64,000 bases of DNA, taken from sequence record SRR20825006_960; one strand, written 5' to 3'. The position numbers and the translations under genes are program-made. Below, in pieces: positions 1-9,391 of the stretch. The notes under the pieces were generated by a model that saw nothing but the letters and a program-made list of their open reading frames with translations, had not been told where the DNA came from and did no database searches. Each line of letters begins with the position of its first letter. The stretch's first letter is position 1.

Positions 1-2122
1 ATTGAGCTACAAATACACAAACATCATCCACTTGCTCCATGTCTCCCTTCCAAAACATAAGCGAATCGAACAATTTTACTTTGAGATCAAGTGGTGTTAA
101 ATGAACATGTTCAAACAGTAATTGCCTTAATTGAGCATTCTTGAATTTTTTATTTTCCTTTCCACCAAACTGATCAGCAAATCCATCTGTAAACAAGATA
201 ATTTTATCCCCAGGTGCCAGTTTAATTGAAGAACCCGAGAATTTCACTCCGTCATTGGCATCTCCAATTCCACGTCGATCTCCTTTTAACTCGAGAAGAA
301 TGAGTTCATCTTTTCTATAGATTGACGCTTCATCAACCCCAGCGAAAGACGCTGCTCGGTCAGGGCAATTTTTCTCTTTGTTCAAGATCCAACATTTATG
401 ATTTGCGCCTGAAAACAACATTTCCGTTTTTTCTTCATTCACATAACACAATCCCAAATCCATTCCGTCGTTGATCATTTCATCGCTTTTTTCAAACGCT
501 CTTGGAATTGTTTTATCAAGGTAATCTAATACATTTTCTGGGCGAGTTAGGCGTTTTTCTTTAATAGCCTTGTTGATAAATGAAGATCCAACCAAACTAA
601 CCATTGCTCCTGGAACTCCATGACCTGTACAATCTACCACCCCAAAAAAGGTTCCGTTGGACGTTTGTGCAAACACATAAAAATCACCCGACACAATATC
701 CTTTGGAAGGTATAAAACAGAATAACTGGCAAAAAACGCCCCCATTTCCTGCTCCGAAGGAAGAATAGTTCCTTGAATTCGCTTTGCATAATTAATACTA
801 TCCATGATTTCTCGATTTTTCTCATCGAGTTGGTCATTTTTCAAACGAATTTGCTCATTCTTATTTTCAAGTACCTCATTCGTTCTTTTTCTTCGTCTCG
901 CAGAATACCATAAAATAATTGCTACCGACAGAATGAGCGCAATCCCTATCCCCATTAACCATCCCAGAAAATTTTGGTACAGAATTCTTTCATCCCTTTC
1001 CTTTAAAATCTCTTGATTCAATTCGTTTTCTAGGTTAAGTCGATCAATTTCTGCTTCTCTTTTCTCCGTTTGAAATTCCGCAGAAAGCTTCATTGATTCT
1101 TCCACTTTATCCACACCTGCAATGGAATCACTAATGGTAGAAAATTTCTTTTGCGCTTCGAAGGCATCCTTGTAAAGCCCTAAACTTTTATAGGTATCTG
1201 CAATGTTTGAATACGTCTGCATTTCTCCACGAACATCATTTATCTCTTTCTTAATCGACAAACTCATTTGGAAATAATTAAGCGCTTCCTGATAATTTTT
1301 GTCATCCATGAGGATATTACCAATGTTGTTATAATTATAACTCAACCACTTCCTATTATTCGTCTCCTGATTGATTACAACCGCCATTTTGTAGTACTTC
1401 ATGGCTTCGTTATTCTTTTTCATGAGCCTTTTCAAGCTTCCAATATTGTTGTAGGTTCCCGCAAGTTCGCGCTTGAATCCGTTATCCTTCGCTATTTTAA
1501 TGGCTTCAAGGTAAACGGGTTCTGCTTCGCTGAATCTCTCAAGTGATTTATAGGCATTTCCAAGAGACATTAATGAAGACGCCACTTGTGATTTATCATT
1601 CACTTCTTTCGCTTGACGTACACTTTCTTTGAGGTGATAAATGGCGCTTTTATCTTCTCCAATTTGCTTGTAGTGAACTCCAATTATTGAGTTGATTCTC
1701 GCACAGTTTGCTACAGATTTTCGTTTTTCGTAATCATCGAGAATGCTGAAATACATTTTCAACCCGATTTCAGGTTTTGATCCATCTAAATAAATATCCG
1801 CTTTCTTTTCTTGCAGCTTCATTTCCCAAGCAAACGAAAGATTTGGAATTGCAGATAGCGCAGAGTCGCAATAGTTCAGCCCTCGATCTGGACGATCATT
1901 TTTGGCCATTAAATGAGCCAATTCGATGAAATAGGTAACCCGCACTGAATCTTCGTGCTTTCGAGTAAACTTTAATAAATCAAGGTACGCTCCTTCTCTT
2001 TCTGCGAGTTCTAAGGTGTCGTTTGAAGCCTTCACTAGGAATGCGTCCACTGTTTTGTTCGTGCCTTGACCTTTCGCTATGCTACTTATTACAACGGCAG
2101 CGATAAAAAAAATCCATTTCAT
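1..2122 (-). CDS. Signal peptide + TPR-like + TM + PP2C/SpoIIE (RsbU-like) phosphatase; 3' end runs off the window
   Basis: Absent from the ORF track (no stop in window). Partial manual translation: ATG 2122 MKWIFFIAAVVISSIAKG..., the motif VVDCTGHGVPGAMVS (~600-640) and the end WKGDMEQVDDVCVFVAQ are in one frame; TDGFADQFGG at ~165-195. Confidence 0.85.
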   Translation of the reverse strand, partial: MKWIFFIAAVVISSIAKGQGTNKTVDAFLVKASNDTLELAEREGAYLDLLKFTRKHEDSVRVTYFIELAHLMAKNDRPDRGLNYCDSALSAIPNLSFAWEMKLQEKKADIYLDGSKPEIGLKMYFSILDDYEKRKSVANCARINSIIGVHYKQIGEDKSAIYHLKESVRQAKEVNDKSQVASSLMSLGNAYKSLERFSEAEPVYLEAIKIAKDNGFKRELAGTYNNIGSLKRLMKKNNEAMKYYKMAVVINQETNNRKWLSYNYNNIGNILMDDKNYQEALNYFQMSLSIKKEINDVRGEMQTYSNIADTYKSLGLYKDAFEAQKKFSTISDSIAGVDKVEESMKLSAEFQTEKREAEIDRLNLENELNQEILKERDERILYQNFLGWLMGIGIALILSVAIILWYSARRRKRTNEVLENKNEQIRLKNDQLDEKNREIMDSINYAKRIQGTILPSEQEMGAFFASYSVLYLPKDIVSGDFYVFAQTSNGTFFGVVDCTGHGVPGAMVSLVGSSFINKAIKEKRLTRPENVLDYLDKTIPRAFEKSDEMINDGMDLGLCYVNEEKTEMLFSGANHKCWILNKEKNCPDRAASFAGVDEASIYRKDELILLELKGDRRGIGDANDGVKFSGSSIKLAPGDKIILFTDGFADQFGGKENKKFKNAQLRQLLFEHVHLTPLDLKVKLFDSLMFWKGDMEQVDDVCVFVAQ

Positions 2123-2184
2123 AGAACTAAAAGTACACTTTTGATCGAAAGCTATACCATTTTGAGAGATGTAATCTCATTCAA

Positions 2185-4140
2185 TCATTTGAAATCCAGT
2201 GAAATTGCACCATTCTTTAGGTTTCTAAAATACTTGTTTGGAGTCTGATACGGAAGATCAATAATCTGCTCTCTGTCGAGCGGTGGTGAATCATGCCAAG
2301 CCCTTACGAAGTAATCTTTTCCATACGATTTTCGCTGCAATAAGTATCCGTCCAAGATTTTAGTAAAGCGAGTCGTTTTCCCTCCAAGTTCAATTGTTGT
2401 TTCACCTTCCCCTAACCTATGATACGATAATTCTCCTCCTTTCACATTTCTATACGCCTCCGCGAGAATCATTATTTTACTAATATCCTCTTCTCTCAAG
2501 CTATGAACACACATTAACTGATCCTTTTCTTTGAGCATCACCACAAGGTTGTTTGCATTTAGCACAACGACTTCTGAACTATTCAGTAGTTGAAATCGAC
2601 TCCATTGTGTGGCTCCGAGAAGAACAAATCCAACAACAATTGAAGAGATTAAAATCCATTTTTTTCGAATGATAATAATCGCAAGCAAGACGATGTACGC
2701 TGCGAGAACTCCCCAGCCCGGAAGTACAAACGCCCTCGCAACTGCTCCCGGAAGTCCATCAATCGTGGAAATAAAAACAATCATGCACATGAGTGAAAAG
2801 CCTAGAATGGACGCAACAAAACTTCCCGCAAGGGGAATCCACTTAAAGACAAACAAGGCCAAACCGAGCGATAAAACCAATCCTGCGAAAACCATCATTC
2901 CCACATTTGTGAGTAAAAAGTAATTCGGGAATTGATGAAAGTAATAAAGTGTGATAGGCAACGTAAAAAGTTGAGCGGCAATTCCGACAGAAGTACCTTC
3001 CCATACTTTTCTCATCCATTTGTTTTGAATGAAAAACAATCCCGAAATAGGTTTGTACAACGTCAAAATTCCAATCATTGCGAGATAGGACAACTGAAAA
3101 CCAATATCATATAACCAAAGCGGCTTAATCAACAACATAATGAATGCTGATAGAAAAAGAATATTGAGTGAATTGTTTTCTCTCCCAATAATACGCCCGA
3201 TGACCAAAAAAGAGAACATTAATGCAGCGCGTACGACAGACGAAGGAAAATTGATCAGCGCGGCGTAGAACCAAATAATGATCAGCGCAATAATTAATGC
3301 TTTGGATCTACTAATGTACTTCGGAAAACGTCCGAGTAAGAAGATTAAAATTTCCAAAATAATTCCAACGTGTAATCCCGAAACCGCAAGCACATGCATG
3401 GCTCCAGCCGAACTGAATTGCTTTTTAGTTTCTGGACTTAACAATGTTTTATCACCTAAAATCAACGCGGTGGCAACGGACAATTGATCTTCATCCAATG
3501 AAGAAGCTAAAACGTTCTTGAGATAATCCGAAATATTTGTCCGCAGCGACTCAAGAAAAGTCGGCTTCCTTCCATCAATGAATAAAAAACCTTGAGATCC
3601 TAAAAACCCCATACTGTGTACATTCTGAGCGTTCCAGTACTTTTTCGCATCAAATTCTCCGGGGTTTCCGTTGTTTTTAATGAGCCTATATTCCGTAAGG
3701 ACATACAACATATCGTATCGTTCAATAGTAGTTGCGTTGGTATAAAAAATAACCTTCTCACGGTGTTCGACCATAGTATCTTTACCGATCAAATAAGAAA
3801 TTTCTCCAAGGATTTTCCGCCAGATAACGTCTCTTTTATCCACTTCTAGAACTTCTACAATAGCTCCTACTTCCTTGTTTTCTGTGACTTCTGCAACGGT
3901 CGTGAACTCCGAACGAGTTTGGTGCAACATTAAACTTCCCAAAAGCACAACTGAAACCCCAAGTGCTGTGATAGAAAATACAGAATTCCATTTTTTATTC
4001 TTCCTTAAGATCATCAAGAACAAGGCACATAGAAACAACAATCCACAAATTACAGGAAGCAATTGAAATCCATCTTCGAGAAGAATTCCCACGCAAAAAA
4101 CAGGAGTCAAAAAGACAAAAGGTCTGGTAAAAAAATTCAT
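2185..4140 (-). CDS. comEC: ComEC/Rec2 family competence membrane protein
   Basis: NPGEFD, GAMHVLAVSGLHVG, SVVRAALM and GFQLSY motifs; multiple TM segments. Confidence 0.9.
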   Translation of the reverse strand: MNFFTRPFVFLTPVFCVGILLEDGFQLLPVICGLLFLCALFLMILRKNKKWNSVFSITALGVSVVLLGSLMLHQTRSEFTTVAEVTENKEVGAIVEVLEVDKRDVIWRKILGEISYLIGKDTMVEHREKVIFYTNATTIERYDMLYVLTEYRLIKNNGNPGEFDAKKYWNAQNVHSMGFLGSQGFLFIDGRKPTFLESLRTNISDYLKNVLASSLDEDQLSVATALILGDKTLLSPETKKQFSSAGAMHVLAVSGLHVGIILEILIFLLGRFPKYISRSKALIIALIIIWFYAALINFPSSVVRAALMFSFLVIGRIIGRENNSLNILFLSAFIMLLIKPLWLYDIGFQLSYLAMIGILTLYKPISGLFFIQNKWMRKVWEGTSVGIAAQLFTLPITLYYFHQFPNYFLLTNVGMMVFAGLVLSLGLALFVFKWIPLAGSFVASILGFSLMCMIVFISTIDGLPGAVARAFVLPGWGVLAAYIVLLAIIIIRKKWILISSIVVGFVLLGATQWSRFQLLNSSEVVVLNANNLVVMLKEKDQLMCVHSLREEDISKIMILAEAYRNVKGGELSYHRLGEGETTIELGGKTTRFTKILDGYLLQRKSYGKDYFVRAWHDSPPLDREQIIDLPYQTPNKYFRNLKNGAISLDFK

Positions 4141-4184
4141 GCAGTTAAGCTAGTTCAAAGTCGCAAAGTATGAATGAGTTTCAC

Positions 4185-4192
4185 TACCTTTG
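4185..4192 (+). promoter_or_regulatory. Bacteroidota -7 promoter element for thrS
   Basis: TACCTTTG matches TAnnTTTG, 22 nt before ATG 4215. Confidence 0.6.
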
Positions 4193-4214
4193 CATTCCAA
4201 AATTAATGAATAAA

Positions 4215-6158
4215 ATGATTCAAATAACGCTACCAGATGGTTCAGTACGTGAAGTTGAGAAAGGTACTTCGGCAATGGATATTGCTTTAAGTATCTCTGA
4301 GGGACTTGCACGAAACGTTCTTGCGGCGAAGGTAAATAGCGAAGTAATTGACGCTAATCGCCCACTCAATGAAAATTCCACATTGCAATTGCTCACGTGG
4401 AATGACAAGGATGGAAAATCGACCATGTGGCACTCTTCTGCTCACCTAATGGCCGAAGCGTTAGAGTTTCATTATCCTGGAATCAAGTTAGCAATAGGTC
4501 CCGCGATCAAAGCTGGGTTTTATTACGATGTGGACTTTTTAGATTATACATTTACGGAGAAGGATTTAGAAAAAGTTGAACAAAAAATGAAAGAACTTGC
4601 CAAAGAAAAGCAAGCTTACGTTCGACAAGAAATTTCTAAATCTGATGCGATCGCTTATTTCAAAGACAAAGAAGATCCATACAAATTGGAGCTCTTGGAA
4701 GATTTGGAAGATGGTGGAATTACTTTTTACACGCAAGGAGAGTTCACAGATTTATGTCGTGGACCACACATTCCGCATACAGGTTTCATTAAAGCCGTTA
4801 AGTTAACTTCCATTGCTGGAGCATACTGGCGCGGAGACGAAAAAAACAAACAGCTTACGCGTATTTACGGAATCACGTTCCCTAAAAACAATGAGCTGAC
4901 AGAATATTTAGAAAATCTTGAATTAGCTAAGGCGCGTGACCATAGAAAACTTGGGAAAGAGATGGATTTATTTACCTTCTCTCAAAAAGTTGGTCAAGGA
5001 CTTCCATTGTGGTTACCAAAGGGAGCAGCGTTAAGAGAGCGATTAGAGAATTTCTTGAAAAAAGCACAAAAAAAGGCTGGATACGACCAAGTAATTACTC
5101 CGCACATCGGAAGTAAGGAACTCTATGTTTGTTCCGGTCACTACGCGAAATATGGAGCAGATTCATTTCAACCTATTTTGACTCCAGATGAAGGAGAAGA
5201 GTTTTTGTTGAAACCAATGAACTGTCCTCATCACTGTGAGATTTTCAAATCGCGACCAAGATCTTATAAAGATTTACCTACACGATTTGCCGAGTTTGGT
5301 ACTGTTTATCGTTATGAGCAGTCAGGTGAATTACATGGATTGACGCGTGTTCGTGGGTTTACTCAAGATGATGCCCATATTTTCTGTACACAAGATCAGG
5401 TAAAAGACGAGTTCAAAAAAGTGATTGATTTGGTATTGTATATTTTCAAGACCTTAAAATTTGAGAACTTTAAAGCACAGATTTCCCTGCGCGATACGAA
5501 TGCTCCTGATAAATATATCGGATCTGACGAAAACTGGGAGAAAGCAGAAACTGCAATTATAGAGGCTGCTGACGAAAAAGGATTACCAACATTCATTGAA
5601 TATGGCGAGGCCGCTTTTTATGGTCCGAAGCTTGATTTCATGGTAGAAGATGCCTTGGGAAGAGAGTGGCAATTGGGAACAATTCAAGTGGACTATAATT
5701 TACCTGAGCGTTTTGAATTAGAATATACAGGATCGGATAATCAAAAACACCGTCCGGTAATGATTCATCGAGCGCCGTTTGGTTCGATGGAAAGATTTGT
5801 TGCTGTGTTGTTAGAACACTGTGCAGGAGACTTCCCATTATGGTTAACAACGGATCAAGTTGCGATTTTACCAATCAGCGACAAATACAATGAATACAGC
5901 GAAAATCTTTTGCAATTACTAAATAATTCCGATATTCGCGGATTCGTTGACGATCGTAACGAGAAGATAGGTAAGAAAATTCGCGAATCGGAGCTTAAGA
6001 AAATCCCTTTCATGTTGATTATCGGAGAGCAGGAAACAGAAAACAATCAAGTATCTGTTCGCCAGCGCGGTAAAGGCGACTTGGGAGCGATGAGCCTCGA
6101 AGAGTTTTCGAAGATTGTTACTGTTGCGACCGAAGAAGAATTAGCTTTAAATGTTTAA
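4215..6158 (+). CDS. thrS: Threonine--tRNA ligase
   Basis: [13 protein letters not shown] domain, HSSAHL, DLCRGPH, KPMNCP and [11 protein letters not shown]. Start moved from 4170 because the promoter lies in the extension. Confidence 0.98.
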   Translation: MIQITLPDGSVREVEKGTSAMDIALSISEGLARNVLAAKVNSEVIDANRPLNENSTLQLLTWNDKDGKSTMWHSSAHLMAEALEFHYPGIKLAIGPAIKAGFYYDVDFLDYTFTEKDLEKVEQKMKELAKEKQAYVRQEISKSDAIAYFKDKEDPYKLELLEDLEDGGITFYTQGEFTDLCRGPHIPHTGFIKAVKLTSIAGAYWRGDEKNKQLTRIYGITFPKNNELTEYLENLELAKARDHRKLGKEMDLFTFSQKVGQGLPLWLPKGAALRERLENFLKKAQKKAGYDQVITPHIGSKELYVCSGHYAKYGADSFQPILTPDEGEEFLLKPMNCPHHCEIFKSRPRSYKDLPTRFAEFGTVYRYEQSGELHGLTRVRGFTQDDAHIFCTQDQVKDEFKKVIDLVLYIFKTLKFENFKAQISLRDTNAPDKYIGSDENWEKAETAIIEAADEKGLPTFIEYGEAAFYGPKLDFMVEDALGREWQLGTIQVDYNLPERFELEYTGSDNQKHRPVMIHRAPFGSMERFVAVLLEHCAGDFPLWLTTDQVAILPISDKYNEYSENLLQLLNNSDIRGFVDDRNEKIGKKIRESELKKIPFMLIIGEQETENNQVSVRQRGKGDLGAMSLEEFSKIVTVATEEELALNV

Positions 6159-6166
6159 ATGACTGA

Positions 6167-6718
6167 ATGAGAAGACCAAACAAAAAACAGTTCGTAAGAA
6201 GAGAAGAAACTGAACAACACAGAATAAACGGGAAAATTTATGCCCGTCAGATTCGACTCGTAATGGAAGGGCAGGAACCGCAGGTAATGTCCACAGCTGA
6301 GGCAATTAAACTTGCTGAAGCCCAAGAACTAGACCTCGTTGAAATTTCTCCGAAAGCAGAACCTCCTGTTTGTAAAATCTTGGACTATAAAAAGTTCTTG
6401 TACAATCAGAAGAAAAAACAGAAAGAGCTTAAAGCGAAGCAAAGTAAAGTTGTCATTAAAGAAATCCGTTTTGGACCAAACACTGATGATCACGATTTTA
6501 ACTTTAAGTTGGCACACGCACGTAAATTTTTAGAGGAAGGAAGTAAGTTAAAAGCTTACGTTTTCTTTAGAGGTCGTACAATTGTGTTCAAGGACAGAGG
6601 AGAAATCTTGTTATTGAAGCTCGCACAAGAATTGACAGATGTTGGAACCGTTGAATCCATGCCAAAATTGGAAGGAAAACGAATGACCATCATGATTAAT
6701 TCGAAGAAAGGAAAATAA
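6167..6718 (+). CDS. infC: Translation initiation factor IF-3
   Basis: [20 protein letters not shown] and KEIRFGP motifs; thrS-infC-rpmI-rplT order. Confidence 0.97.
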   Translation: MRRPNKKQFVRREETEQHRINGKIYARQIRLVMEGQEPQVMSTAEAIKLAEAQELDLVEISPKAEPPVCKILDYKKFLYNQKKKQKELKAKQSKVVIKEIRFGPNTDDHDFNFKLAHARKFLEEGSKLKAYVFFRGRTIVFKDRGEILLLKLAQELTDVGTVESMPKLEGKRMTIMINSKKGK

Positions 6719-6811
6719 AATCGTTTGCGCTGAAGTAATGACGAGAATGAACGGTCTACGCTGAAGTAATAAAGATAAGAACCAATCGCCTACGCTAAAG
6801 CTACGGCGATT
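6719..6811. repeat. Three degenerate ~18-nt units; the last forms a REP-like hairpin
   Basis: aatcgtttgcgctgaagt (6719), aacggtctacgctgaagt (6750) and aatcgcctacgctaaagc (6784). AATCGCC...GGCGATT inverted repeat at 6784-6811. Confidence 0.6.
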
Positions 6812-6849
6812 GAAAGAAGCTATATAGAGTAACTTAAAAAAGAAGAGAG

Positions 6850-7047
6850 ATGCCAAAAATGAAAACTAAATCTAGTGCTAAGAAGAGATTCACGATCACT
6901 GGAAGCGGTAAAATCAAAAGAAAGCACGCCTTTAAAAGTCACATCTTAACTAAGAAGTCGACAAAACAAAAGCGTAATTTGACACATGCAGGTCTTGTAC
7001 ACAAGGCGGATGAGTCGAACATTAAACAACAATTGTGCATGAAATAA
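6850..7047 (+). CDS. rpmI: 50S ribosomal protein L35
   Basis: [14 protein letters not shown]...HILTKK. Confidence 0.98.
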   Translation: MPKMKTKSSAKKRFTITGSGKIKRKHAFKSHILTKKSTKQKRNLTHAGLVHKADESNIKQQLCMK

Positions 7048-7165
7048 ATCTGTCTCGATTTTTATCGAAATAGATTGTGCACAGAGGTTTTAGTAAGTTA
7101 ACCAAGTAACGAGTACACAAGCCATCTGAGAAAGTGATGCACTCCTTATTAAAAAACAAAAATTT

Positions 7166-7513
7166 ATGCCAAGATCAGTAAATCATGTTGCATCCAGAGC
7201 TCGTCGTAAGAAGATAATGGAGCACGCCAAAGGTTACTTTGGAAGAAGAAAAAACGTTTGGACTGTAGCGAAAAATGCCGTTGAAAAAGGGTGGTTGTAC
7301 GCTTACGAAGGTCGTAAACAAAAGAAGAGAAACTTCCGTTCATTGTGGATTACGCGTATTAACGCAGGTGCACGTCAACACGGAATGAGCTACTCTCAAT
7401 TTATGGGATTAATCAACAAGAGTGAAATGGAGTTAAATCGCAAGGTTCTTGCTGATTTAGCGATGAATCACCCTGATGCTTTTAAAGCAGTTGTAGAAGC
7501 CGTAAAGAAATAA
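7166..7513 (+). CDS. rplT: 50S ribosomal protein L20
   Basis: MPRSVN...[14 protein letters not shown]...[10 protein letters not shown]. Confidence 0.98.
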   Translation: MPRSVNHVASRARRKKIMEHAKGYFGRRKNVWTVAKNAVEKGWLYAYEGRKQKKRNFRSLWITRINAGARQHGMSYSQFMGLINKSEMELNRKVLADLAMNHPDAFKAVVEAVKK

Positions 7514-7539
7514 ATTAGTTCACACTTCTATATAGCATT

Positions 7540-7574
7540 GACCCTGTTCGTCTTTTGACGGATAGGGTTTTTTA
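7540..7574 (+). terminator. Intrinsic terminator after rplT
   Basis: accctgttcgtc-tttt-gacggatagggt stem followed by a T run. Confidence 0.85.
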
Positions 7575-7759
7575 TTTGTAGGAAGTGAAACAACACTTTT
7601 AAATCAACAACTGTTTTTTAAGAACCTGATACTTCCCAGATACTCACTACGCACTAAACACCGTGTAAACACCTGATTTAAAACAAAGTAACTTAACCGA
7701 AGGATACATTTCATATATTGTATGTGTTAGCTATTCACAACCACTTAATTCAAATTAGT

Positions 7760-8596
7760 ATGAGATCAATTCCAACACCAAATGCACTAGTATATACGGA
7801 AGATATGCTTACAGACGCGTCCGTTACTGCAATCGCCGCTTCTGGCTTTACAACTGTTATAGTCGGTCTTTTTCACGTTACCAAAACGGGAGCATTGTAC
7901 TACAACGACACACCGGTTGACGATACTATTATCGCTACCATTAAAAAGTTGAAATCTACCAGCGGGACGAGCGTAAAAACAGTGCTCTTTTCCATCGGAG
8001 GAGGAAATTGGGCAGGGCATCCAGCGTCCGTTTCAGATACAGATTACCCTGCTATGAAAGCGACATGGATCACACCAGCTTCTGGAGAACATAATACTTC
8101 AAAAGAAAACATTCTTGCATTTATGGTGGCGGCCGATTTAGATGGTTTAGACCTGGATTACGAGCCAGAAACAACCTCTTTTGACACTTCTTTTATTGCT
8201 CAAGTAACCAATGAAATTGCGGCTAAAGGTTATATAATGACTGCGGCACCATATACCGATATGTCAAATTGGGAAACCGTTATTCAGCAGACAAAAACGT
8301 CTGATGGAAATAACTTTTCTTGGTGGAATTTACAATTATACGGTGGAGCAGACTACTCTAGTTGGGCAACAGGATTAGATAGCATTTCTTCTAGCATTGG
8401 GCTTTCATCCAGCGAAATAGAAGCATTTTTAGTTCCCGGATATAGTCCAGGTTCATGCGATACAATTATCGGTTCAGAAGTAAGTACTATAAAAGCCTCG
8501 TACCCAAATTTAAATGGCGCGTTTATCTGGCGTTACATAGATATTTCAGGATGTGTAAATGAACAGGCAACATCCATTCTTAATGCACTCGGATAG
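7760..8596 (+). CDS. GH18 (chitinase-like) glycoside hydrolase, no signal peptide
   Basis: SIGG and DGLDLDYE (DxxDxDxE), LQLY and GAFIW motifs; ATG 7760 preferred over TTG 7718. Confidence 0.75.
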   Translation: MRSIPTPNALVYTEDMLTDASVTAIAASGFTTVIVGLFHVTKTGALYYNDTPVDDTIIATIKKLKSTSGTSVKTVLFSIGGGNWAGHPASVSDTDYPAMKATWITPASGEHNTSKENILAFMVAADLDGLDLDYEPETTSFDTSFIAQVTNEIAAKGYIMTAAPYTDMSNWETVIQQTKTSDGNNFSWWNLQLYGGADYSSWATGLDSISSSIGLSSSEIEAFLVPGYSPGSCDTIIGSEVSTIKASYPNLNGAFIWRYIDISGCVNEQATSILNALG

Positions 8597-8710
8597 TTTA
8601 CTGAATTTTGAGGACAGAGCAAATTATTGGCTTTTTATAAGAGAATGATAGCCATTCTGGTTTGAGTGAAGCTATAGCGAAGCAAGGGACAATTCTCTAT
8701 CCATTTTGTG

Positions 8711-9343
8711 TTACTTTACTACAATTTTCTTGGACAATTGTTTTCCCTCCATAGTAATAATCAAAAAGTAACTTCCGGCGGGAAGGTTGGAAATATCTAA
8801 TAAGGTGTCATTTGAGTTAAATTGTAACACTCGTTTGCCCGTAAGGTCAAGAAGTTCAATGGTATCAATAGTCGTCTCTTCATCCTTTTCTATTAAAATG
8901 CTTCCTTTGGCTGGAATGGGATAAACGTTGATTTTTTCATTCATGTGCATTGAGCCATCAACAGAGAGAATTTGAGCAGCTGTTAAATGCAAACTATCCA
9001 TTGGCAACGTGGAATTTGGATAAGGGCAATTAGCACTTGTATCGTGATATGTTTTAATCTCTAAATCAAACGGATACGTAGCTGACAAAACAATGCTCGT
9101 ATCAAACGGTAATACAATTTGAGTAATTGGGCACCCTTTGAAGTACAAGTTAATTAACTGTGTATTATTGATGTCATTTAAAGACACTATTTCAACGTTT
9201 GCAAGATCCAATTGGGGCATTGTTCCTTTAACATAAAGTACACTTGGGTTTCCAATAGCTACACTCGTACTGTCTATACTTTGGGAAAAGCCGATAAAAG
9301 ATAAGCATGTTATAACAACAAATGTGATTATTCTACTTTCCAT
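8711..9343 (-). CDS. Small secreted protein with T9SS type A CTD
   Basis: Signal peptide; VYPIPA...LDISNLPAGSYFL...KKIVVK. Confidence 0.85.
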   Translation of the reverse strand: MESRIITFVVITCLSFIGFSQSIDSTSVAIGNPSVLYVKGTMPQLDLANVEIVSLNDINNTQLINLYFKGCPITQIVLPFDTSIVLSATYPFDLEIKTYHDTSANCPYPNSTLPMDSLHLTAAQILSVDGSMHMNEKINVYPIPAKGSILIEKDEETTIDTIELLDLTGKRVLQFNSNDTLLDISNLPAGSYFLIITMEGKQLSKKIVVK

Positions 9344-9350
9344 ATATTTG

Positions 9351-9384
9351 AAAAATTAAGCGCTGATGCAAAAGCACCAGCGCT
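9351..9384 (-). terminator. Terminator or stabilising hairpin between the protease and the small T9SS gene
   Basis: Minus-strand RNA AGCGCUGGUGC-UUUU-GCAUCAGCGCU followed by UAAUUUUU. Confidence 0.65.
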
Positions 9385-9391
9385 AGTTAAA

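Noticed and set aside
634-1546. Short track ORFs 634-837, 804-1016 and 1268-1546
   Set aside because: They are off-frame or antisense shadows of the TPR-PP2C gene.
4170-4214. N-terminal extensions in the ORF track (thrS; also 12789, 14909, 16417, 27460, 37045 and 50386)
   Set aside because: The extensions overlap promoter elements or neighbouring genes, or precede clear signal peptides, so downstream starts were chosen.
6719-6811. Possible mini-CRISPR array
   Set aside because: The units are degenerate, the spacers are only about 13-16 nt, and no cas genes are present.
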